Positions 1 to 11,583 of a DNA stretch of 64,000 nucleotides are shown here, piece by piece. Below the pieces are notes generated by a model that saw nothing but the letters and a program-made list of their open reading frames with translations, had not been told where the DNA came from and ran no database searches. Position 1 is the first letter of the stretch. Each line of letters starts with the position of its first letter. Where the stretch lies: positions 1,178,001-1,242,000 of the forward strand of contig MU004181.1 in NCBI GenBank assembly GCA_010093605.1, read 5' to 3'. The DNA is from Lophium mytilinum (lineage: Eukaryota). A program made the translations under genes and the position numbers.

Positions 1-447
1 CCTTGACTCGAATCTTGCTTATTCGCTGCCACTGTAGGGAATGGCCTGACCTATCAGTGGCCAATCAGCCAAGAGGTAGTCTAATTTGCACTGCTTGAAC
101 CTCGACATTGACTATGGATATCTGAGATCCTATGGGGGTACCCCAAGCAGTCGCGGACAAGTGTGCATAGACTTTATAATTTTGTCGCTGTGTGCTCGAG
201 CTCATTATACTCTGCAAGAATGCCAATTTGATAAGTCTACTACCGAAAGAAACGATTACAAAGTGTGAATATTGAAGTAACAAAACAGGTACGAGATGTG
301 CTCTGTCCACCGACCACAAAATAAATGTAGCAACCTGCGTTTCCAAACCCAAAATCTTCAGGTTGAAAGTCACCCTTGGTAGCCAAGCTAGTGATTAATA
401 GCTACCCGACGGCCAGGTTCTGCTGTAGCAGAAAGTAATGGGTTTGG

Positions 448-2747
448 CTATTGTGGGCCGAGATGCTGTTTCGATTCATCATAAGCATCAGTGCTATAGA
501 ACCACGCGAGCTTCTTCTGAATGGCATCCTCGGAGTAAGCATCTGGATTCTGCGGCTGAGGTCTGAATTCGGGCTCCATGGGGTCGATGAAATGAGTGGA
601 GTTATCGTATCCCCATTTGCCTAGTTGAGTAACATTGAACCCGACCAGCATGCTAGATGTCGGTTAAAACACTTCTTTAAATGCTAACGTAGAGTGAGCA
701 CATACTCATGGTCCTCGTGAATGAGATTATGGCAATGGAACATGTACACTCCGTCCCACGGCGCGTACCGAGCGACGACCTGAGCAGTCCTGGGTTGGTC
801 AGAAATATGCACGTGAATGGCGCCCAGTGAATGGGGATACATACTCGCCAGCAGCCAAATATACGACGTCCTTCAATCCCGCCGCTTCATATGGCAGAAC
901 CGTTCCGCGGCCTCCAGTTCTCGACAGAATCTGGAAGTCAATAAGATGGATATGCACCGGATGTGTTCCCGCTCCTCCACTATTATGCAAGTTCCACACC
1001 TCCACAGACCCGCGCACTGGTTTGGCAATGATTCGGTGTTCGATGTCAGCAAAACCGACCCCATTGATTTTCCAGGCGTCGCCATCTCGCTCGAATTTGA
1101 AATCCTTGTCCGCTTTGCTCAGCTCTTTTGGAGGGAAAGGCACACGTCGGAGAGTAGATGGAACTCCGCCATTGTTTACTTGACTAGAGACTGTGTTTCC
1201 AACCACAAATCGCATCACCTTGTCAGTGGCTGGGTAGTCTGCAATCTCCGAGATGCCTACGCCGTTGTTGAGAGTGATGTTCTTGCCAGCGTAAGGGCTG
1301 AAGTCTACAACGATGTCGTACCGCTCCCCCGGGGATATCATCAGATCGTCGGTTTTGACAGGGTACCCGAGGAGACCTCCATAGCATCAGCTCACTTTCT
1401 CTGATGTTTAGTGGCATGATGGTTTCCTTACCAGAGTCAGAAGATATAACCTGGAAAGTTGCGTTCTTGTTGTCCCCATCGACGCCGAGAGAGAGTATAT
1501 AAGCTATTCGAAGGGTCTGTCGTCAGTCACATGTTCTCGCGAACATAAGATTTGGGGATACATTACTTCGGCTGAGTGAAGCGTCTAGAATTCGGAGACG
1601 GTATTTTCGAGGTTCGACGTTGAGATATGGCCAAGGCTGGCCATTCCTGGAGGATTGTCAGCACGTTCGAAGTCATATGATTAGTACCGGGCCGAGAGCT
1701 TTACACGTGAATAATGTCGCCCCAAAGGCCGGCTTGGTCAAAGGACTCGAAGTTCAATGTACCATCGTAGTTGTAGTACTTGGCTGATATCGCCAAAGAC
1801 ACGTCGTAGTTTCCACTAGGAAGTCCAAGGGAGTCTTCCTCATCATCACTGATGATGTAGATGCCTTCTTGGCCCTTGTAGGCATTGTCGGCAGTAATAT
1901 ACTCCGCATGGTCCTATATCAAGGTCAGAAACTCTTAGTATTAGAGAAAGCCCTACCTCTTAAGCTGTTATAAGATCTCAGGCAATCAAAAGCGACTTAC
2001 ATGGTACCAAAGGGTTCTCGCGTTTTGTCCATTAGGGTAGTAATAATCCTGGCTCAAGTCAGACGGGCCAATAAAGAAGCGCTGCATAGTTACCTTGTAT
2101 TCGCCTGGCTTCGTTGTGTCCGCAGCCCATCCATCGAAAGGCGAGCGGTCTTCGTATGTTCGGTCAGCGTGGAGTCTACAAAGTCAAAAAGCTTGCAAGT
2201 CTTACCGTACTGGCCGTGAACGTGGACAGAATTCTCAACACTTGCGTTGTTGTTGAATCGGACGACAGCCTCTGTGAGCGTATTAGTATGTTATATGATT
2301 ATTAACACCCCTTTATAGGCTGTGATGTTAATGATATGTAACATGCCACACACCTCTGCCTTTACGCATTTGGAAAGTTGGACCTGGAGACATTCCATCG
2401 TATCCAACGAGCGGGGTCGCTTTGAGGTTTGGGTATATTTGTTGCTCAAAAGGCTTAATTGTGAGTTCGTAGTAATCGATGGTGGCTCCAGCGGCGGCAT
2501 TTGTCCACGTTCTGAAGGGCTCAATCAATGGATCTTCGAGCAATGAGCATGCTTTGTTAACTTACGTCTTAACGTTTGCTGTAGCGGGAATGGGTAGAGG
2601 ATATTCGAAGATCCATGTGTATTCTGGACTGAACCAATCCCTTTTGGTGAGCGCACGGCGTGAATCTGTTGGCAATGCAGCAGCAAACGTTCCTAGAGTG
2701 AGGATGCCAAATGATAGCACGAACGATGAGAGGGGTGCTTCAAACAT
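448..2747 (-). CDS. Secreted multicopper oxidase, bilirubin-oxidase type (multi-exon)
   Basis: ATG at 2747 (MFEAPLSSFVLSFGILTLGTFAAALP, signal-peptide-like). Copper motifs across exons: SVHVHG, RTLWYH/DHA, HPVHIHL and MFHCHNLIHEDHDM (axial Met). Many short GT..AG introns. Stop at 448-450. Confidence 0.92.
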
Positions 2748-5149
2748 GGTGGGCAAAGACGAGATATGAAACCAGATATCGGAAAAGCTTTCGAGGGCCT
2801 AAAGTTTAGAGCAGGTTGTTGCTGGTGATGTGCACAATATGTTGAACTTCCCGTAGGTAAAGCACATTTATATCAATCCCCCAGGCCCAATGGCGCCGCC
2901 ACTTGCTTCTCGGTGGACGTCATTCAGAATACGCCGACCGACGGCTGCTTGCTTTTGCGGAAGCTAGATGGAATACCAGGAAGAGGGATGTTGGGCACAG
3001 ATCTGCCATTGCTGGGTCATTTGAGCGCCGCCACAATGGGAGATTAGATCACTGCAGGCACGGAGAGACGGCGAGACGGCTTTGAAGTACCGTAGGATCG
3101 ATTTCTCGTCGGAACCCCACATCCCAGGGATGGAGGAGGGAGGCGACGCAGAGGACATGTGGTCCTGTAAAGCGAAAGCGCACTAGTGTTCATTTTCTTG
3201 TACACCCTGACCAGCCATGCGCAGTCTCTGAGTGAGACCCGCAGACTGGAACAGCGATGACGGAAGGAGAACGATCGCTTCTAGCAATGAAAATATGATT
3301 TAAAGATACTTGGAAACGTGCGCCTCGTAATTGACGTTGAAATGTAGAAGATGTTCTCACGAGAATCCTCCAAGCGGTCGACGGGTGACCGCAATGATGA
3401 GCTCTCCGGTCGAGTCTGAATGGTCTATTCAAGTACGCCATGCAGTGACAGTGTAACACGAGAGGCTAGGAAGGCCCGTGGGATACAGCATGAGCCCGCC
3501 CGGGTATCTTATCGAAGAGGGGATGCCGAGAATATCTGCAGGATCGGAAGTTTTCCTGTGGGATTTTGGCTTGTCTCCACCCGAATTTGGGTAAGTAAAT
3601 GGCGTTTCATTGCAGTCCGTGATAGCAAAGACACATGGCGGTAGTCACAAAGTGCTTGTCACTATGCAGGCTGCTGCGATGCTAGAATGTGTCCTCCTGC
3701 AGGTGTAGTGTACGCATCGCCATGCGTGGTTGACGTTGACGAGCGGAATCTCTCCACCGTACCTCCGACTACCAATCATCTCCCTCCACACCACAGAACT
3801 GTGGACGCGGCTCATCGCACGACGCTCATTTCGAGACCAAATGACCCCTTGACTGAGAGAGCTTGGCCGATTTCCGTCACCGAGTTTCGATGGGCGTGAC
3901 ACAAGCCATGCCAGAGAATCCTCGAGCTCCCTCCTCCAGAGCTCTATACAAGTATTCTCAAAGGCGGGATGGAAGGGGAGCGCAGAGGGAGGCTTTCTAA
4001 TCTCAGCCCCTCACAGATCCCTCGCATATCTGACTATGGGTCATCCTTGCGTTGGGCAGGTAGTGCCATGGCTGGCAGCGAGTCTAATGGTTTTGCGTTC
4101 CCAATCACCTCTCAAACCTCACGGAGCATATGGGTGGCGTGTCTCAGCTGGCCTCCTTCGCCCTGCAAGTCGTTGACTAGAGCATGGCTTGTCACAGTGA
4201 CCCTGTTTAGCTCGGGCTGTTGGATCGGACTCCAAGATCTGCCATGGAGACACCTCCCCCCCTGCCGAATGAGCAGTGTATTGACGCTCTCACTCTTAGA
4301 TACCTCGTGCAGCACCACTCCCTGCATTTCCTGTCGAACATAGCGACACGTATGGTGTCCCGAAAAGGATACAATGGCGCTGTGCCTTTGAAAGCCAGAG
4401 GTACCCATTCTCCATTCTCGTCCGAAGCCGCATCGGCGCGGTATTTTCAGAAGGCCGATAGCAGGACGCTTTGGTGCTGAATTGCAGGCGAAACTGAAAC
4501 ACAGCTCGACAGCGCTCAGAGCAATACCCTCGCGAAACACCTCCAACGTGCATCCTCCTAGTACAAGGCAATTACTTGATAGTCTGTGACATCGCTGCCG
4601 TCATTACGACGTTGACGCCAGGGTTTCTAGGTGTTCCAGAGTCCAGATATCTCCGAGATGGAGCCAGAGAATCCTCTGCTGTTACTGCCGAAAAGCTTGT
4701 CGGGATGTCGGAAAGCTTGTCGTTAGAGACAGACCTTGGTAAGACAAAGCTCGGGGATTCGCCGGGTTGACGTAGATATTACTGCCTTCATCCTCCAAGG
4801 GTTGCCAGCTATGTTCCTCTTAATGCATACCTGTCAACTCTGGAGCCCTTCCTGATATGTGGGCCTCGGTATTGCGGTGGCCGGGAAGATTGCCGGACTA
4901 TGGCCCGATGAGCAACTTATCATATACATACCAGCACGCATTTCATGAGCCACTTCGACTGATGTTCCTTACTCAAGTGTTCATTACGCATCCTATGGGG
5001 GTATCTTAAATTAACAGTCTCTCAAATCAAACTCATGCCCATCAAAGATTCGCCACATGACTGCGCTCTCGAGGGGGTTCGACGGCCGAAGAACCGAGAT
5101 GCTTTGTGCTAACATTGGCATGCCAGCAGTGTTATCCCTTGATGTTTGA

Positions 5150-6148
5150 TCAAGCCGCTTTAGGGGTCGCCGGTTTCCTAGGCTGAGTGGCTAGACCCCT
5201 CATCATGAGAAGTGGAATAATGTCAGTTGTCTTGGTGCGGTTGATGAGCTTCCGACACACGGGACACTGCGATCGTCTTGGTTCGGGGACACCGCTTCGG
5301 TTCTCCCCCGCTATCAGCGCTTCCATGAGGCATGTGTGGCAGAATAAATGACCTGTTCATGTCAGCATTTTGGGACTTACAGAAGTTGAAAGGCAGAACG
5401 TACCACACGAGGTAGCGGTGATGTCCGTCGGTGTGTCCATGCAAATTACACATGTCAGGTTGGACATCTTCAGCGGCTTCTCGGCGGGGCGTTCCTGCGC
5501 CTTCACCTGCTCCATCCGCTGCTTCTGGAGGGCATTTTGCAGAACGGTCTTGTCGTCGTCCACGAGATCAATCTCTTCGATCGGACTGTCTCTTGTTGCC
5601 GGGATACGCGAGCTTGTTGTGTCATTCCGCCGCTGTCGCTTCGTGGAGGGTCCCTCGTTCAACTCAGGACTAGAATGAAGAGTTGTATTGCGCTTGGGTG
5701 CACGCCGGGGATTCGGGGGTGGCGATGACGGCGAAGTCGGGTCGTGGGTGAGGTCCACATAGCCGTTTGGCAACCGGGCGCTCGACATGCTGAAGGCAGG
5801 GATCGACGGTAATGTGGGCGAGGGCGCTCTCGGCGAAGGGGGTCTGCGCGGAGAGGGCCAGGCCGGGGGTGAAAAGAACCTGTCGGTGCCGCTACTGTTC
5901 GTGGGGTTCAGGATGGTGTCGAAGTGAGGAAGACGTGAGTAGGCCGGGGCGGAGGCGAAGTCGGAGAAGGCGTCTTGGAAGTAGTCGTCGTTGAAGGGCG
6001 GCGTCTCTGGCTGGGAGCTGGACTGCGAGGCAGAGTGGTAGCTCGAGGAGTGGTGAGGGAGGGGGCGGATGGTGGAGAAGTTGGGATTGGGGTTGGGGAG
6101 ACGGCGGCGAGGGTGGACAGAGGGCGGCGGCGGATCAGAGTCAGACAT
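5150..6148 (-). CDS. RING-finger protein with SUMO-interacting motifs (STUbL/RNF4-like E3 ligase)
   Basis: ORF 5357-6148 ends in CVICMD..ATSCG. An intron (GTACGT..GCTGAC..CAG) joins it to HLFCHTCL...CPVCRK, completing a C3HC4 RING; stop at 5150-5152. SIM-like motifs YVDLT and IEEIDLVDDD lie upstream. Confidence 0.85.
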
Positions 6149-6496
6149 GGCTCAGTATCGAAGGCATGCAGCACCGTGGACAGGAGGACGCTGGGGGAGC
6201 CCGGGAAGACATGAAGGCTCTTCTGGCGCACGAAGCATGCCAGCCGGCCGACTTCTTGGCCAGCGGCGGCGATGTGCAGTCCGGCTGAAACGCGCCCCCA
6301 AAGAGCACTAGAGCTTTTTCGCGTCGAGCTTGGAGGTCAGCCCTACCGAGTATCGCCCGCCAAAGAGGCCGCTTCGACTCATGACGAACTCCTCTTCTCC
6401 ATATCTCTCTGTCATCCATCAACAACCATCGCCGCCTCCCCCCCTCAGCTTCGCGCGCTCCGCCATGCAGTGACTGCTTTGTCACGCAGGTCCACG

Positions 6497-9400
6497 ATGC
6501 GCAGAAGCCAGCCAGGTGTCGCCGCCTTCAAGTTCGTCACTCGCCCGCGATGCGCCCACGCGCACGCCTCGCCTATATATCTTCCCCGAAGAGCATACGT
6601 AGTCACCGATGAATCGCGGACAGATATCGAGGTCGAGTCGGGACATGCGGGCCTCGCCGGTGCGACCTGCGCGACCTCTCTGCTTCGTGCGCCTGCTGAC
6701 TGTTTGGTAGTCCCCAGTGAAGCACGCTTCAACGAGATAGGCGTGCAGCAACTGAGCAGCCACGTTCAGGCCCAGATATTCCCGGGCGCCTCGACCTCAC
6801 CTCCCCCCGAACTCGTTGCTCTATCGAAGGACCACCTGACCCGGCATGGCTTGCTTGGAAAAAATCAAGACTCGACACCGCCAGTGGGTTTCGATCTGCC
6901 TGAACTGCAAGGCTCTACTCTCGATGAGCATTTCTATAAGCTTGGGATGGATGCAGCGGAGCCTTTCTTAGGCCTGGCGAAAAAATACGCATGGGCAAAT
7001 TCACCCCCTAAGCCGCGAAAATGGGTCAGGAGAAGTGGATGGACAAAGTACCATAGCGACGGCACTACAGAAGCAGTAGACGCGCCAAACGAAAGTATGC
7101 TCACCTTTGACACCGAAGTCATGTACAAGGAGACCTCCTTTGCGTGCATGGCATGCGCCGCAAGTCCGACTGCCTGGTACGCCTGGATATCGCCCTGGCT
7201 TCTTGGAGAGACAGAAAACGATCGCCATCTGATTCCTTTGGGTGACCCTACACAGCCACGGATCATTGTCGGACACAACATTGGATACGATAGGGCTAGG
7301 ATAGCGGAGGAGTATGACATTAGGCAGTCGAAAAACTCGTTTATGGATACAATGTCTCTACACGTGGCTTCCAACGGGATGTGTTCCCGACAAAGACCTT
7401 CGTGGATGAAGCACAGGAAATCTCGAGAGCTGAGAGACAAGCTCGCAACTTCAGACGAAAGTGCAGACCTGTCTGCTCTACTAGAATCTGGCGCGCTTTC
7501 AGAGGAAGAGGAGGAGCTATGGATAGGCCGGAGCGCCATCAATTCACTTCGGGACGTGGCGAAATTTCATTGCAACATCACCATCGACAAGGCTCGAAGA
7601 GAGTACTTTGGAGAATTAGATCGGTCTGGAATTAGGTCAAAACTCGACGAGCTTCTAGATTACTGCGCCGCGGATGTTGAGATAACACACCGGGTCTACC
7701 AAAAGGTTTTCCCCCTCTATTTAGAAACCTGCCCGCATCCAGTCAGCTTTGCGGCGCTACGTTTCTTGTCTGCTGAAATTCTTCCTGTTAACGAGACTTG
7801 GGATGCATATCTCGCAAACGCGGAAGCCACGTACCAAAAGCTTTCAACCGCAGTCCTCGAGCGGCTTGTGAAGCTTGCTGAAAAAGCACTGGAAGTTAAA
7901 GGCAATCCAGAGAGCTACGAGAACGATCCATGGCTCAGCCAGCTGGATTGGTCTGGCCAAGAAATCAAGATGGCGAAGGGGAAAAAGAAGAACGACCCAC
8001 CAAGGCCAGCAGCTCGACAGAAGAAACCGGGCATGCCAAAATGGTACAAGGATCTCTTTGCCAAAAATGACGCTCCGATCAGTATCACTGTCCGAACACG
8101 CGTAGCACCTATATTGTTACGTTTAGCATGGGACGGTCACCCACTGGTCTGGTCCGATAAGCACGCGTGGACGTATCAGGTTCCGAAGGATGAGGTCTTT
8201 ATATACACCAGCGCGGGAATAAAAGAGTTGGATATGTCAGGAGAAGAAAACTTACAATTACGAGATGACCGGAAACATGTTTATTTTAAGATACCCCATA
8301 AAGACGGACCTACAGCTAGATGTGGAAATCCATTGGCTAAAGGATATCTACAATACTTTGAGAAAGGCAAACTCACCTCCCAGTTCTCACTAGCGAAAGA
8401 GGCTTTGGAGATGAACGCCTCATGCTCATACTGGATAAGCGCACGGGACCGAATCATGTCACAGATGGTCATTTACAAAGACGAACCTGTTGGCATGGTC
8501 TCCGCTACTGGAGAGCCGAACGGCAGAAAAACTGGATTCATCCTTCCTCAAGTTATACCCATGGGAACCGTTACACGGCGAGCTGTAGAAAACACCTGGC
8601 TTACAGCCAGTAACGCCAAGGACAATCGTGTTGGGTCCGAACTCAAAGCCATGATCCAGGCTCCGGAAGGGTATTGTTTTGTCGGTGCCGACGTTGACTC
8701 GGAGGAGTTATGGATTGCTAGTCTCGTTGGCGACGCACAATTTAAACTTCACGGTGGCAATGCAGTTGGATTCATGACGCTCGAAGGCACCAAAGCTGCA
8801 GGCACGGATCTGCATTCTCGGACCGCTGGAATTTTAGGAATTTCGAGGAACGACGCAAAGGTATTCAACTATGGCCGGATCTACGGTGCAGGACTGAAAT
8901 TCGCGTCGACACTTCTTCGGCAATTCAATCCAAGTCTCAGTGAAAGTCAGACCTCTCAGACTGCACAGAACCTGTACACCGACACGAAGGGCAAAAAGAC
9001 GACCAGACGAACGCTCCATGAGCGGCCTTTCTGGCGTGGAGGCACAGAGTCATTCGTGTTCAACAAGCTCGAGGACTTTGCAGAGCAGGAGCGGCCTCAA
9101 ACACCGGTTCTAGGAGCAGGCATAACGGAAGCCCTCATGCGCCGGTATCTCACAAAAGGAGGTTTCATGACATCGAGGATCAACTGGGCCATTCAATCCT
9201 CCGGTGTTGATTATCTCCATCTCTTGGTAGTTGGCATGGACTACCTCACACGAAGATACAACTTGAACTGTCGCCTGGCCATTACAGTACACGATGAAAT
9301 ACGCTATCTCGTCAAAGAGGAGGATAAATATCGGGTAGCAATGGCATTGCAGGTTGCTAACGTGTGGACGCGGGCCATCTTCTCGCAGCAGATGGGCATC

Positions 9401-9976
9401 AACGAGCTACCGCAATCGTGTGCATTCTTCTCAGCTGTCGACATCGACCATGTATTGCGGAAAGAGGTGGATATGGATTGTGTCACGCCCAGCCATCCGA
9501 ACAAGATCCCCCATGGAGAGAGTCTTGACATTGCGACACTTCTGAACAAGGGCGCTTTGGCCAGACTGGATCCAGCTATTGTACCGGAAGCGCCACCGCA
9601 GCTGGAGAAGTACGCGGACACGTTTTCCCCAAGAGATCCAGTTATGGCGGCCGTCAATACCAGCGCTACCAGCCTGGCATACTTGAAAGCACAGATTACG
9701 GCCGACGACAAGGAGCTCCGAGACATCGTCAGGGAAAGCCGTCCATCCCGGGAGTATGCACCCAGGAGAAATACTAGGAAGTCGGCCGAAGATAACGAGA
9801 TGGAACACGGGATGTCTCGGTCATTCCAGCAGCAATCGGCCCGCCTGATGCCGGTTGATGAGCCTTGGACGGTACACAGGTTCAGCAAGAGCTGGGAGGG
9901 AAAGCGGACGCCGGGCTGGCATCAATTGACCAGCCAAAGCCACGCAGCGGGGTCGAGGTTTGTTGGCCGACCGTAG
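6497..9976 (+). CDS. MIP1: Mitochondrial DNA polymerase gamma
   Basis: Exonuclease motifs FDTEV, GHNIGYDRAR and YCAADV; polymerase motifs GADVDSEELW, RNDAKVFNYGRIYGAG and ITVHDEIRY. The ATG at 6497 gives an Arg-rich presequence ending ..RRAY. Probable in-frame 51-nt intron at 6660-6710 (GTGCGA..GCTGAC..TAG). Confidence 0.96.
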   Translation: MRRSQPGVAAFKFVTRPRCAHAHASPIYLPRRAYVVTDESRTDIEVESGHAGLAGATCATSLLRAPADCLVVPSEARFNEIGVQQLSSHVQAQIFPGASTSPPPELVALSKDHLTRHGLLGKNQDSTPPVGFDLPELQGSTLDEHFYKLGMDAAEPFLGLAKKYAWANSPPKPRKWVRRSGWTKYHSDGTTEAVDAPNESMLTFDTEVMYKETSFACMACAASPTAWYAWISPWLLGETENDRHLIPLGDPTQPRIIVGHNIGYDRARIAEEYDIRQSKNSFMDTMSLHVASNGMCSRQRPSWMKHRKSRELRDKLATSDESADLSALLESGALSEEEEELWIGRSAINSLRDVAKFHCNITIDKARREYFGELDRSGIRSKLDELLDYCAADVEITHRVYQKVFPLYLETCPHPVSFAALRFLSAEILPVNETWDAYLANAEATYQKLSTAVLERLVKLAEKALEVKGNPESYENDPWLSQLDWSGQEIKMAKGKKKNDPPRPAARQKKPGMPKWYKDLFAKNDAPISITVRTRVAPILLRLAWDGHPLVWSDKHAWTYQVPKDEVFIYTSAGIKELDMSGEENLQLRDDRKHVYFKIPHKDGPTARCGNPLAKGYLQYFEKGKLTSQFSLAKEALEMNASCSYWISARDRIMSQMVIYKDEPVGMVSATGEPNGRKTGFILPQVIPMGTVTRRAVENTWLTASNAKDNRVGSELKAMIQAPEGYCFVGADVDSEELWIASLVGDAQFKLHGGNAVGFMTLEGTKAAGTDLHSRTAGILGISRNDAKVFNYGRIYGAGLKFASTLLRQFNPSLSESQTSQTAQNLYTDTKGKKTTRRTLHERPFWRGGTESFVFNKLEDFAEQERPQTPVLGAGITEALMRRYLTKGGFMTSRINWAIQSSGVDYLHLLVVGMDYLTRRYNLNCRLAITVHDEIRYLVKEEDKYRVAMALQVANVWTRAIFSQQMGINELPQSCAFFSAVDIDHVLRKEVDMDCVTPSHPNKIPHGESLDIATLLNKGALARLDPAIVPEAPPQLEKYADTFSPRDPVMAAVNTSATSLAYLKAQITADDKELRDIVRESRPSREYAPRRNTRKSAEDNEMEHGMSRSFQQQSARLMPVDEPWTVHRFSKSWEGKRTPGWHQLTSQSHAAGSRFVGRP

Positions 9977-10290
9977 AGGCAGAAAGAGGTAGTCTTGTAC
10001 GTTTGTATGCTTTTGTGATGATGCTGTATTGTACCATACGGAGGATCGTTTTATGGAGTTTTAGCTATACAGTACGGACTGGGCGATGTTAGGATCATTT
10101 GCGACGGCTGTACCATATCTCTGCCTGCTGGCTGTGCCTTCTCGTATATACTTTGGACGTGTAGAGACATTGGGCGTGGGTGGATAAAAGGTGGATATAA
10201 GTTGGTCCAGTCACTGAGGCTGTAAAGCGTCAACATCAATCAATAGCTAATACGAATCTATCATGAATGTATAACACTGCCTCGGTACAA

Positions 10291-10500
10291 ATCAGCTGTT
10301 CAGAAGTATCGACTGTGAACTGTCTCGACATCAGCTGTGCCCACCTACCGAGGAATTTACTGAGCTAGCATGACATTAGCTGTGCACAAGTACTTCGTAT
10401 CTACTGTGAGCTGGCTTAATCAGCTGTGTACACCTATCTACTGTAAGCTGGCTCGTCATATAGCTGTCTGTACACTTGACTGCTAGACTGTCTTTCGAGC
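10291..10500. repeat. Degenerate ~40-45 bp tandem array (5 units) centred on (C/T)AGCTG
   Basis: CAGCTG at 10293, 10332 and 10421; TAGCTG at 10377 and 10461. Several units share TATC(T/G)ACTGT(G/A)A(G/A)CTG. Confidence 0.7.
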
Positions 10501-10946
10501 TCGTGACCTGTATGTACGTGTACATCCCGACGCTGTTTGACGTGCTATCCACCCCCAAATCAGGCCAAGCCCTTCGGTACACTACGCCTTCACGAGTACT
10601 ATGTATGGACGGAATGTGAATCCGCCTCGCTTTAATGAAGGTCTCCGCTCTTCGATTCGCCTGGAAGAATGAAATAGAGCAAGTGCCCCAGGTACAGCGT
10701 TGCAGTGTCTCGGTGGGGTTGCGTCCACACGGGGGCACTCGGGGGGTAATAAAGTTAACACGAGAGCGTGGGCAATAGAAGCTCCGGCTCTTTCCGACTC
10801 CGGATGCCTCACTGTTCACCTTGGACACCAGGAATGCGCTAGAACAGAGGGCGTTGTCTCTAGAAGGAGTTGTGCAGATTGTTTGACGCCTTCACACCGG
10901 CGGCATTCACTGCATATGTATCGACATTGACACTCCCGACAGATCA

Positions 10947-11004
10947 CCCCAAGCATCCCACCCCAAGCATCCGCCCCAAGCATCCGCCCCAAGCATCCCG
11001 CCCC
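10947..11004. repeat. Minisatellite, ~13-14 bp unit CCCCAAGCATCC(C)(G/A) x4
   Basis: Directly visible: cccc aagcatccca ccccaagcat ccgccccaag catccgcccc aagcatcccg cccc. Confidence 0.9.
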
Positions 11005-11583
11005 AGCGCCCAGCCCTACCGGCCTGCGCCGAGATATCTCCAATGGGCCTGGGGTGCTGTGGCAGGGCCCCTTCGGTCTCCAGGGCGGGCAGGCGGCGGC
11101 GGCACAGGGAGTCGAAGCCGGGCGGATCGGCCAAGTGGCGTGTTAGTGGCCTGATATCTGGGCTAGTTCCCCTCGATGCTGCCGCCGTGGCCTGACATCG
11201 TCAACCTCCAACACCACGCAAAGCAATCCTCCCTCTCCTCCCCCCGGCTGCTGACCGCTCCAGTCCTTCTCTCCGCCTCCCGCCGCCAATCACCCTGCTG
11301 CTCCCGGCGCTGGCCCGGTGCGAGCCCTGCTGCGCGCTCCCCCAGTGCGGCAGTCCAGCGCTGACGTCCAGCTTCAGTTCGCCGACTGCGTCCGTGTTGC
11401 AACAGTCCCAAGATCTCTCCATCGCATCGGCCCATCCCATCGCCAGGCCATGTGCTAGCCCTGTCCTGCTCCCTCTTTGGTAAGACTCCTGCGAAGTCCA
11501 GCTTCATTCATCCTTCTCTGTTTTCCCCATTACCACACCACTGTTGCGCTCCTGCGCCGCTGCCGTCCTATCCAGCGCGCACC

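Noticed and set aside
1..400. Short ORFs at the left edge (65-373 -, 86-268 +)
   Set aside because: No recognisable motif and the context is truncated, so a gene cannot be supported.
2900..4950. Many 60-144 aa ORFs between the oxidase and RING genes
   Set aside because: No domain, consistent splice model or codon signal. It could be a relic, but nothing supports a call.
6272..6496. N-terminal extension of Pol gamma in the ORF track
   Set aside because: Begins at a non-ATG codon within the shared promoter; ATG 6497 gives a sensible presequence.
10291..10500. Regularly spaced repeats as a CRISPR-like array
   Set aside because: Eukaryotic context, degenerate tandem units without unique spacers, and no cas genes.
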